Shown one piece after another: positions 56,564 through 64,000 of a stretch of 64,000 nt of DNA. The stretch lies in assembly GCA_964611985.1 (NCBI GenBank), contig CAZTBM010000003.1:692-64691 (forward strand). The letters run 5' to 3'. Within the stretch, counting starts at the first letter, position 1, and the number at the start of each line of letters is the position of its first letter. The stretch comes from an uncultured Desulfurococcales archaeon (lineage in GTDB: Archaea; Thermoproteota; Thermoprotei_A; CAZTBM01; SZUA-1508). The translations under genes and the position numbers were made by a program. The notes under the pieces are model-generated. The model was not told where the DNA came from, did no database searches, and worked only from the letters and a program-made list of their open reading frames with translations.

Positions 56564-57793
56564 ATGATTTTACGAGATAAGAGGACATATTGGGGCATAA
56601 TACCCGTAATTATAATAGCTTACCTTACATTTCAACTAGGATATAATGAGGCATTAGGATTTGATTGCTACATTAGCGATGAACAATGGTATGTCTCTGC
56701 AGCTAGAAACATGTTGAAGACAATGTTTCATGTAAACAATATTGCATGGTACCAGTATCCTCAAGCTGAAGGAATAGAATCCTACTTAAACCTTGAACAT
56801 CCACCCCTCGGTAAATACATAATCATGTTAGCCATGATCACTTTAGGTGATAAGCCAATCTACTGGAGAATACCAAACTTAATAGAAGCCGCAATCATGA
56901 TTATATTAGTTTACTTAATTGCACGTAAAATAACGAAATCAGAACTGCTAGCTTTGGTACCACCTCTCATACTATTCCTTGACCCTCTATTTAACAACAT
57001 GAAGATCATAGCTATGCTAGATTTTCCTCAAGCATTCTTTACATTACTAGCCGTATTCTTTATGGTATATGATAAGCCACTACTAGCTAGTATTATGATA
57101 GGTTTAGCAAGCTCAATAAAACACAGTGGAGTATTTCTAATACCAGGTTATGCAGTATACCTATACTTTAAGCAAGATATTTCAAAAATAAGATCCCTAA
57201 TTTACACATTCATTGTACCTTCCTTAGTCTTTACTATAGTGAACATTCCCGTAATAATATATCTTGGCGGAATAAAAGAATGGATTGATATACAGTTATG
57301 GGCTTTAAGCTGGCATGCAAGCTACAAGAACAATCCCTTTATTGTTCCTCCTTGGGGTTGGCTAATAAATCAAGAGCCCTTTGTTTTTTACTATTCACCT
57401 GAAGGAACACCTCTATTATCAGCTAAAACTAACCCATATCTATATCCGCTAATAATACCAACATTGATTATAGCATTGTTAATGTACAAGGAATGGTTTG
57501 ATCTATTCAAAGTACATGTCATGCTCTGGAGTTATTATATAATGTACTACGTGTTATACGCTATTGGGGGAAGAAGTCAACTCTCATTCTACGCAATGCC
57601 AATGGCACCACTTGTATCCATAGTGGTACCTTTAACCTTAGTTAAAACAGTATTAGAGTATGAAAAGCTCTCAGAAAAATTAAGAAATCTTGTAAAAAGG
57701 CTTAAACGAAAACAAGAAGTAATTCCAGAAAGCCTAGTGACCTCTGAAAATACAAGTATTACAGAGAAGTCGAGACAGAATCATGAAGAATAA
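56564..57793 (+). CDS. GT-C fold membrane glycosyltransferase (PMT_2/ArnT-like dolichyl-phosphate-sugar transferase family)
   Basis: 409 aa, polytopic. First-loop acidic motif ISDEQWYVSAARNM, then LEHPPLGKYIIMLAM, typical of PMT/ArnT-family enzymes. Confidence 0.7.
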   Translation: MILRDKRTYWGIIPVIIIAYLTFQLGYNEALGFDCYISDEQWYVSAARNMLKTMFHVNNIAWYQYPQAEGIESYLNLEHPPLGKYIIMLAMITLGDKPIYWRIPNLIEAAIMIILVYLIARKITKSELLALVPPLILFLDPLFNNMKIIAMLDFPQAFFTLLAVFFMVYDKPLLASIMIGLASSIKHSGVFLIPGYAVYLYFKQDISKIRSLIYTFIVPSLVFTIVNIPVIIYLGGIKEWIDIQLWALSWHASYKNNPFIVPPWGWLINQEPFVFYYSPEGTPLLSAKTNPYLYPLIIPTLIIALLMYKEWFDLFKVHVMLWSYYIMYYVLYAIGGRSQLSFYAMPMAPLVSIVVPLTLVKTVLEYEKLSEKLRNLVKRLKRKQEVIPESLVTSENTSITEKSRQNHEE

Positions 57794-57817
57794 GATAAGG
57801 ATATAGTGATGTAAGAA

Positions 57818-57912
57818 TGGTAGCCGGGCGGGGATTCGAACCCCGGTCGCGGGGGGTCTTCCCGTTACTTCGGTCCAAAGCCCCGCATGCTTGGCCGCTA
57901 CACCACCCGGCT
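57818..57912 (-). tRNA. tRNA-Gln (anticodon UUG) with a ~19-nt intron at the 37/38 position; CCA encoded
   Basis: Reverse complement reads AGCCGGG-UG-GUGUAGCGGCCAAGCAU-G-CGGGG-CUUUGG[intron]C-CCCCG-CGAC-CGGGG-UUCGAAU-CCCCG-CCCGGCU-A-CCA. The A1:U72 pair is typical of archaeal tRNA-Gln. Confidence 0.85.
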
Positions 57913-57930
57913 CCGCTCTATACTACTAGT

Positions 57931-57941
57931 AGATATAGGGT
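57931..57941 (-). promoter_or_regulatory. TATA-like box for tRNA-Gln
   Basis: On the minus strand CCTATATCT lies about 20-29 nt upstream of tRNA position 1 (57912). Confidence 0.3.
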
Positions 57942-58030
57942 GTTTTTATGGTTGTCTCTTGTTAGGTAAAATATTTATCCGGTTTTCCCACATAAATGAT
58001 GGTAGTATTGCTAGAGGCGAGAATGACTAC

Positions 58031-59575
58031 ATGGCAGAGTTTAAACATTGGGTTGAAAAACTAGTCGATAAACTCGTTAAAGTCAGAGAACCACCTTACG
58101 TTGTAGGCTCTGGTATTACAACTAGCGGACCCCCCCATCTTGGTACTGTATGTGAATTCCTCTATCCATGGGCAATAGTCCAAGAACTCCGTAGTAGAGG
58201 TTATGAAGCCTACTTCATATTTGTAGGCGATATAATGGATGCTTTTGATAGCATTCCTGCAGGTCTTCAAAAATATAAAGATGTGCTTGAACCCCATCTA
58301 GGAAAGCCGCTTGCTCATACACCCGATCCCTATGGCTGTCACGATAGCTATGGAGACCATTTCCTCGATGAAACAAGAAAGCTAATGGAAGTTTTTGGTG
58401 TTAAGCCTGATGAAATAGCGCCAGCAACAAAACTATACAGTGAAGGAAACTATGATCCATACCTCGAATTTTATGCTTCGAGACTAGAAGAAGTTAAACA
58501 ACTCCTCGTTGAAGTTTCAGGAAGACAGCTACCTAAAGACTGGAAGGATATAGCATTACCAATATGTGAGAAATGTGGTAAAATAGCTACAACTAGAGTC
58601 CTGAATATATCAAGATCTGAAATAGAGTATGTATGTGACAAAGATGTAGGATACACTAAGGGATGCGGCCATAGAGGTAAAGTTGACGTTAACTCTCACA
58701 AATGGAAGCTTACATGGAGACTTGACTGGCCTAGTAGAATGGACTTCCTTGGCGTAGATATTGAAGGTGCTGGTGTAGACCATCATACTAGAGGCGGTAG
58801 CTGGGATACAGCAGTAGCAGTATTCAAAAGGCTATTCAAGAAGGAACCGCCAATAGGCTATAAGTATGGCTTTGTCCTCTTTAGAGGAAGGAAGATGAGT
58901 AAAAGCAAGGGTGTAGGAGCATTAGATGTTATATTGGAAATGATTCCCCCAGAAATACTAAAGTACTTCCTGTTCAAGAATGAGCTGGAGGAAAACAAGA
59001 ATTTCGATTCTTCTCCACGATTCCTACTAAGACTTTATGAAGAATTCAATGATATGGCAGATTTATATGAGAAAGGTGGCGAGGTAGACAAGACTCTCTG
59101 GAGAAGATACATAGCGTACAAGCTTACAACAGGAGGTATTAGACCGTGGAGAACTAGGCTGACAGATCTAATAGTTTACTACCAAATCTACAGAGACTGG
59201 AATACTGTAATAGAGAAGTTGGATGATAGAGAAGGTGTAGAGAGGTTAAAGAAATACATAGAATACTGGATTAAGAGCGACCTAATACCTGAACAATATA
59301 AGGTTCAATGGAACCCACAGAAGATAAAGGACCCAACCTTTAAGGAGATAGTATTAGAATTTGCAGAGAAACTAAATGACAAAATGTATGCAGTAGACAT
59401 TCATAACTTGGTCTATGAGGTTGCACGAAAACATGGGGTTCCCCCAAGCAACCTGTTTAAAGTATTATATTACGCAATATTAGGTAAACATAGTGGCCCC
59501 AGGTTAGGTAAACTTATAGTAGCCTTTGGAATAAATAAGATCAAGGAAACTTTAATAAAGAGTGTTGAGGAGTAA
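58031..59575 (+). CDS. lysK: Lysyl-tRNA synthetase, class I
   Basis: SGITTSGPPHLGT (HIGH-type region) and KMSKSKG. Start set at ATG 58031 (MAEFKHW...). The track start at 57887 lies inside the antisense tRNA-Gln gene. Confidence 0.9.
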   Translation: MAEFKHWVEKLVDKLVKVREPPYVVGSGITTSGPPHLGTVCEFLYPWAIVQELRSRGYEAYFIFVGDIMDAFDSIPAGLQKYKDVLEPHLGKPLAHTPDPYGCHDSYGDHFLDETRKLMEVFGVKPDEIAPATKLYSEGNYDPYLEFYASRLEEVKQLLVEVSGRQLPKDWKDIALPICEKCGKIATTRVLNISRSEIEYVCDKDVGYTKGCGHRGKVDVNSHKWKLTWRLDWPSRMDFLGVDIEGAGVDHHTRGGSWDTAVAVFKRLFKKEPPIGYKYGFVLFRGRKMSKSKGVGALDVILEMIPPEILKYFLFKNELEENKNFDSSPRFLLRLYEEFNDMADLYEKGGEVDKTLWRRYIAYKLTTGGIRPWRTRLTDLIVYYQIYRDWNTVIEKLDDREGVERLKKYIEYWIKSDLIPEQYKVQWNPQKIKDPTFKEIVLEFAEKLNDKMYAVDIHNLVYEVARKHGVPPSNLFKVLYYAILGKHSGPRLGKLIVAFGINKIKETLIKSVEE

Positions 59576-59765
59576 AATTTAAATGTGAAATATTTAAACT
59601 CTTTCCTCAATATAGTTTATTATTTTAATGAACACACTCGTATGGCTATTTTTAAAGGTGGGATAGACTTAAGCAAAAAGTTTATATACTAGTTTCAGAG
59701 TAAGACTTATAAGCTGGAAGTGTAGCATTTAAAAAGTTAACTCATGTTTAGGAGGTGGGAAACGC

Positions 59766-60701
59766 ATGGTAGCTAGATCAGAACTCGAAGGTCAGGTAGC
59801 TAGGTGTCCAGTTTGCGGAAGCACTAACATCATCTTTGACTCAGAACGTAGCGTCTATGTATGTACAGATTGTGGTACAGTACTAGAAGAAAGAATGGTT
59901 GACCAGGGTCCCGAGTGGAGGGCTTTCACACCTGAGGAGAGAGAGAAAAGAAGCCGTGTAGGCTCACCAATAACACCTACAGTGCATGATAAGGGTCTTT
60001 CAACAGTCATTGACTGGAGGGATAAGGATGCCTTTGGTAGAAGATTGGAACCCAAGAAGAGACTTGAGATTTTACGTTGGAGAAAATGGCAGATCAGAAC
60101 AAGAATCCAGTCAAGTATGGATCGTAACCTAGCACAGGCAATGAACGAGCTTGATAGAATAGCTTCACAATTAAATTTACCTAGGAGTGTACGCGAGGAG
60201 GCTGCAGTAATATATCGTAAAGCTGTAGAAAGAGGGCTTGTTAGGGGAAGAAGTATAGAGTCAGTCATGGCAGCTGCAATATATGCTGCCTGTAGAAGAC
60301 TGAAGATACCACGAACATTAGACGAGATAGCAACCTACACGAAGTCTGGTAGAAAAGATGTTGCTAGATGCTATAGACTGTTATTGAGAGAGCTTACAGT
60401 ACAAGTGCCGATAGCAGATCCAATAGACTACGTACCAAGAATAGGAGCATTACTAGGCTTAAGTGGTAATGTGTTAAAAAGAGCAGCTGAGATACTAAGG
60501 AAGGCTAAAGAGAAAGGCATAACAGCAGGAAAGGACCCTGCTGGATTGGCTGCAGCAGCAATATACATCGCATCATTATTAGAGGATGAACGCAGAACAC
60601 AAAAGGAAATAGCTCAAGTCTCTGGTGTAACAGAAGTAACGGTAAGAAATAGATATAAGGAGCTTGTTAGAGAATTAAAGATCCCTCTACCGCCACAGTA
60701 A
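59766..60701 (+). CDS. tfb: Transcription initiation factor TFB (TFIIB homologue)
   Basis: 311 aa with the N-terminal zinc ribbon CPVCGS...CTDCG, the B-reader GPEWRAF, and two cyclin repeats. SD GGAGGTG upstream. Confidence 0.95.
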   Translation: MVARSELEGQVARCPVCGSTNIIFDSERSVYVCTDCGTVLEERMVDQGPEWRAFTPEEREKRSRVGSPITPTVHDKGLSTVIDWRDKDAFGRRLEPKKRLEILRWRKWQIRTRIQSSMDRNLAQAMNELDRIASQLNLPRSVREEAAVIYRKAVERGLVRGRSIESVMAAAIYAACRRLKIPRTLDEIATYTKSGRKDVARCYRLLLRELTVQVPIADPIDYVPRIGALLGLSGNVLKRAAEILRKAKEKGITAGKDPAGLAAAAIYIASLLEDERRTQKEIAQVSGVTEVTVRNRYKELVRELKIPLPPQ

Positions 60702-60804
60702 AATACTTATTTCATCCGAAATAGAATATGTAAATACTCAAATCATTGGAAAATAAATAAGATAAATGAAAAAGAGTTCATTAATTTATAATCTCTATAT
60801 TATG

Positions 60805-61137
60805 CTAGTCTGATAATATTAATATGTTCTCCTCAGGGAAGCCCATATTCACTAATAATTCTTTGACTCTAGAGCGATGGTCTCCCTGGAGCTCTATTCT
60901 ACCATTTTTCGCTGTACCGCCGCAAGCGAGTTTAGACTTTAACTTGGCAGCAAGCTCCCTAAGGTTTATTGAGGGATCATTCAATCCCTCAATAATGGTA
61001 ACTTCTCTACCCCATTTTCTTTTTTCAACTCTAATTCTTATTAGCATCTCCTCTTTTGCTAGCTCTAGTCCAAGTTCAGGTGGCAAACCAGAAAATTCAA
61101 TTATTGATTTTTCGCGCTTCTTTCCTGACTTCTTCAT
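60805..61137 (-). CDS. Translation initiation factor aIF1 (SUI1 family)
   Basis: 110 aa with [14 protein letters not shown]...[26 protein letters not shown]. Confidence 0.9.
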   Translation of the reverse strand: MKKSGKKREKSIIEFSGLPPELGLELAKEEMLIRIRVEKRKWGREVTIIEGLNDPSINLRELAAKLKSKLACGGTAKNGRIELQGDHRSRVKELLVNMGFPEENILILSD

Positions 61138-61251
61138 TCTAAGCTATCAACCCACTTCTTCTAGAGAGTTTTCACTACCTTTATTTATAGGTAAAACTTT
61201 ATAAACCTTTATATTTTAGTTAAGGTACTAGACTTAAAGTGTGGGTGGCAA

Positions 61252-61398
61252 GTGTTGAAATATCGTTGTGGTAGATGTGGCAGAATAATAGACTCCAAGG
61301 ATTTAGAAATACTTCCTGGTATAAGATGTAGCTACTGTGGATATAGAGTATTATATAAAGTTAGGTCACCAACAATCAAAAGAGTAAAAGCGATATAG
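61252..61398 (+). CDS. rpoP: DNA-directed RNA polymerase subunit P (Rpo12)
   Basis: Not in the ORF track (48 codons). (M)LKYRCGRCGRIIDSKDLEILPGIRCSYCGYRVLYKVRSPTIKRVKAI has the RpoP zinc ribbon and C-terminal PTIK.VKAI. Start is GTG 61252 or TTG 61255. Confidence 0.85.
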   Translation: MLKYRCGRCGRIIDSKDLEILPGIRCSYCGYRVLYKVRSPTIKRVKAI

Positions 61399-61410
61399 AA
61401 CAGGTAATAC

Positions 61411-62337
61411 TCATTTATTATTCCTTTTAGACCTAATCTTATTGGTTCTTGGTATTCTAGTATACATAATCGAGAAAGATTCTATAATGATCTTAGCTGC
61501 TAGAATACTTGTAATGTCACTAAAGTCATATGGTGGAGATACTTCAACTATATCTAATCCCTTAATATCTGATGAGAGAATACCAAACAGTATGTCTAGA
61601 AGATGTCTTGGTGTAATACCTTCAGGCTCAGGATTACTGACGCCCGGTGCGTAGGCTGGGTCTATCACGTCCATGTCTATAGATACATATACTGTGCTAG
61701 CGTTGCCTAGAAACTTATTGATTCTTCTTATTATTTCAGGTAGGCTTTCCCGAGTTATAATGTAGCTGGGGATGTAGCTTATTCTCTTCTTTCGGGCAAA
61801 ATTAACTTCCTCCTCGCACGCCGCCCTAACACCTACTATCATTATATTTCCTGGCCCTACATACTCCATTATTCTTCGAGTAACACAAGCATGATTAAGT
61901 TTTGATCCTAAGTACTCGTTCCTCAGATCGAAATGAGCATCAAATATAAGCACCTTGGTGTCTTGAGGTAAACTCTTAACTATAGAGTAAGTTATTAGAT
62001 GCTCTCCGCCCATGAAAATAGTAAATCTACTCTCATTAAATACTCCTCTTGCAAGCGACTCTATTCTCTCTAAGGAGGCTCTTAAATCTCCTGGTATAAG
62101 ACATAGATCGCCCATATCATATACAAGGATGTTTTCAAAGTCTACATGTGACCTGAATGAATAAAACTCTATGTTAGCTGAAACCTCTCTAATACGAGTG
62201 GGTGCTAATCTTGTTCCCGACCTGAATGTTACCGATTGATCTAGAGGTACGCCTACGATATTGAATAGTGTTCTATCCTTTCTTACGCTTATCCCACCAA
62301 ACTTTAATGGATTCTCATTAAGGTACAGCGAATACAC
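61411..62337 (-). CDS. speB: Agmatinase (ureohydrolase/arginase family)
   Basis: 308 aa with Mn-ligand motifs GGEHLITY, FDAHFDLR, VSIDMDVIDPAYAPG and VEVSP. Confidence 0.85.
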   Translation of the reverse strand: MYSLYLNENPLKFGGISVRKDRTLFNIVGVPLDQSVTFRSGTRLAPTRIREVSANIEFYSFRSHVDFENILVYDMGDLCLIPGDLRASLERIESLARGVFNESRFTIFMGGEHLITYSIVKSLPQDTKVLIFDAHFDLRNEYLGSKLNHACVTRRIMEYVGPGNIMIVGVRAACEEEVNFARKKRISYIPSYIITRESLPEIIRRINKFLGNASTVYVSIDMDVIDPAYAPGVSNPEPEGITPRHLLDILFGILSSDIKGLDIVEVSPPYDFSDITSILAAKIIIESFSIMYTRIPRTNKIRSKRNNK

Positions 62338-62479
62338 AATGACTCCCCTTCATTTGTTAGATTAATGACGAAAAGCTATATAAGAAGTACTACATTTTAA
62401 GTCTCTCGAATAACGCATAGAAACCAACTATAAGAGCGTTCACCTGACCTTTAATCTTTCAATATAGAGGAGTGAGGAA

Positions 62480-64000
62480 ATGAGTAAGAAAATGGACCTA
62501 TATGAAAAGGTAGTTGATTTAGCTAGAAGAAGAGGGTTCTTCTGGCAATCTTACGAAATCTACGGTGGGGTTGCAGGATTTGTTGATCTAGGTCCTTTAG
62601 GCTCTCTACTGAAACGTAACATTGAGTCATTATGGAGAGAGTGGTTTATACTAAAACATCAAGACCTAATAGTTGAGATAGAGACTCCCGTGATAACACC
62701 AAAGAGAGTGTTCGAAGCAAGTGGTCATCTCGAGCACTTCACAGACCCTATAGTTGAGTGTAAAAGCTGTGGTAGAAAGTTTAGAGCAGACACATTAATT
62801 GAAGAGAGTTTAAACAGGAGTGTTGAAGGATTATCTAATGAGGAGTTAAGTAAACTCATAAAAGAGAATAATATAAGATGCCCCATGTGTAAAGGTGAGT
62901 TAGGACAGGTAAAAACCTTCAATCTATTATTCACTACGACGATCGGACCTTATAGTGAGAATATAGGCTTCTTAAGACCTGAAACAGCACAGGGTATGTT
63001 TACATCATTCAAAAGAGTATATGAGGCTATGAGGAACAAATTCCCAATAGGCATAGCCCAAATAGGCCGTGTGGCAAGAAATGAGATTTCTCCAAGACAG
63101 GGTATGATTAGGCTAAGAGAGTTTACGATAATGGAGGTAGAATTCTTCTTTAATCCGAAAAAGCCTGAATGCCTCTTAATAGATAGAGTAATAGATAGGA
63201 AGATAATGATCTTGCCGGGGGAAATGAAGGTTAAGGGTGAAAAGAAGCCAATAAAAGTAACTATAGAGGAGGCTTTACACGAAAAGTACATTATCAATGA
63301 GTGGCTAGCATACTTCATGGTCCAAGCATACGATTTTGTACATGAACTAGGCATCTCCTATAATAAACAATATTTTGAAGAGAAGTTGCCTCACGAGAGA
63401 GCGCATTATGCATCACAAACATTTGATCAGATGGTTAAGGTTGAAAGATGGGGCTGGGTTGAAGTTTCAGGTCATGCATATAGAACAGACTATGACCTCT
63501 CTAGACATATGAAGTATAGTGGTCAAGATTTAACAGTCTTCATACCTTACGAGAAGCCTATTGTAAGAAAGAGGATGAAGACTATAATTAATGAAAATAA
63601 AATTAGGAATGCATTAAAAGAGAATGCTATGAAGATAATAAGCTTAATCAAGCAATTGCCTCATGAAACAGTAGCTAACGAACTTAAGACGAAAGGATAC
63701 ATTGAAATAGAAGGTATCAAGATAGGTAAAGAATTCATCTCCATAACTGAAGTCGAAGAAAAGATTTCTGGAGAGAAGATAACACCACACGTCGTTGAAC
63801 CATCATTTGGTGCCGAGAGATTAGTATACGTAACACTAGAGAATGCGTATTCCGAGAAGGAGGGCAGAGTTGTACTTAAGCTCCCTAGAAAAATAGCTCC
63901 AATTAAGGCTGCTGTTTTCCCATTAGTAGTTAAGGGCAAATTACCTGAAATAGCCAAGGACATTTATGAGAAACTTAAAAACATGAACTTAATAGTATAC
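62480..64000 (+). CDS. glyS: Glycyl-tRNA synthetase (archaeal/eukaryotic class II type), 3' end outside the window
   Basis: Not in the ORF track because no stop occurs before the window end. ATG 62480 follows GAGTGAGG. Contains RRGFFWQSYEIYGGVAGFVDLGPLG, FLRPETAQG, REFTIMEVEFF and PHVVEPSFGAERL. Confidence 0.9.
   Translation, partial: MSKKMDLYEKVVDLARRRGFFWQSYEIYGGVAGFVDLGPLGSLLKRNIESLWREWFILKHQDLIVEIETPVITPKRVFEASGHLEHFTDPIVECKSCGRKFRADTLIEESLNRSVEGLSNEELSKLIKENNIRCPMCKGELGQVKTFNLLFTTTIGPYSENIGFLRPETAQGMFTSFKRVYEAMRNKFPIGIAQIGRVARNEISPRQGMIRLREFTIMEVEFFFNPKKPECLLIDRVIDRKIMILPGEMKVKGEKKPIKVTIEEALHEKYIINEWLAYFMVQAYDFVHELGISYNKQYFEEKLPHERAHYASQTFDQMVKVERWGWVEVSGHAYRTDYDLSRHMKYSGQDLTVFIPYEKPIVRKRMKTIINENKIRNALKENAMKIISLIKQLPHETVANELKTKGYIEIEGIKIGKEFISITEVEEKISGEKITPHVVEPSFGAERLVYVTLENAYSEKEGRVVLKLPRKIAPIKAAVFPLVVKGKLPEIAKDIYEKLKNMNLIVY

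Noticed and set aside
57887-58030. N-terminal 48 codons of the track ORF for class I LysRS
   Set aside because: This stretch starts inside the minus-strand tRNA-Gln gene and encodes non-conserved sequence. The LysRS homology begins at MAEFKHW (ATG 58031).
60824-61204. 126-aa plus-strand ORF overlapping the aIF1 (SUI1) gene
   Set aside because: The minus-strand product is an unmistakable SUI1 protein, whereas the plus-strand product is Ser/Phe/Leu low complexity.
62365-62447. C-box-like AUGACGA and a CUGA in the speB/glyS divergent spacer
   Set aside because: The boxes are 83 nt apart and the C box is imperfect. No C'/D' pair is visible. This is more likely chance in a promoter region.
62725-63963. 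Three minus-strand ORFs (69, 134 and 100 aa) listed in the track
   Set aside because: All lie antisense to the glycyl-tRNA synthetase gene. That gene is missing from the track only because it runs off the window end. The GlyRS motifs on the plus strand are clear.
1-64000. CRISPR arrays, transposases/IS elements, toxin-antitoxin or defence islands
   Set aside because: Reading both strands, I found no regularly spaced direct repeats. I found no transposase/integrase-like ORFs and no terminal inverted repeats. The only PIN protein is the conserved Fcf1-like gene in its usual place after eif2g.

Overview
This is an AT-rich archaeal core-genome window, densely packed with information-processing genes. 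The gene content looks crenarchaeote/TACK-like: split RpoA'/A'', RpoD with an Fe-S domain, class I LysRS, aIF5B, the exosome superoperon and KEOPS. The taxon is inferred from gene content only. I can support about 85 protein genes. They include 25 ribosomal protein genes, RNAP subunits A', A'', D, N, E', P plus Spt4, NusA and TFB. Translation factors present are EF-1alpha, EF-2, aIF2-gamma, aIF5B, aIF1 and aRF1. There are four aminoacyl-tRNA synthetases, a mevalonate/isoprenoid cluster, and the L15e to prefoldin-beta exosome/proteasome/RNase P superoperon. An ECF-transporter module and Kae1-Bud32 with two Pcc1-like genes are also present. Two intron-containing tRNAs are present: Ser-GGA and Gln-UUG. 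A 0.5 kb non-coding island holds three box C/D sRNA candidates and a long hairpin. I found no CRISPR array, transposase, integrase or obvious mobile element. Observations worth a second look: (1) Three operon-internal genes (uL13, type-2 IDI, EcfT) have conserved N-termini encoded upstream of any ATG/GTG/TTG. In each case a strong Shine-Dalgarno sits 4-8 nt before an AUA/AUC next to the upstream stop codon. (2) A GHMP-kinase-shaped protein with no glycine-rich motifs occupies the conserved mevalonate-kinase slot. (3) An uncharacterised 450-aa protein with a PD-(D/E)xK-like signature is translationally coupled to a small membrane protein and a GT-C glycosyltransferase. (4) The RNase P Pop5 subunit has a predicted two-helix membrane extension. 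(5) Synteny breaks include an inverted rps28e and an antisense DUF151 nuclease gene between rps12 and rps7 with an anti-SD/SD hairpin. All functional calls rest on reading the translations by eye; no database search was run.
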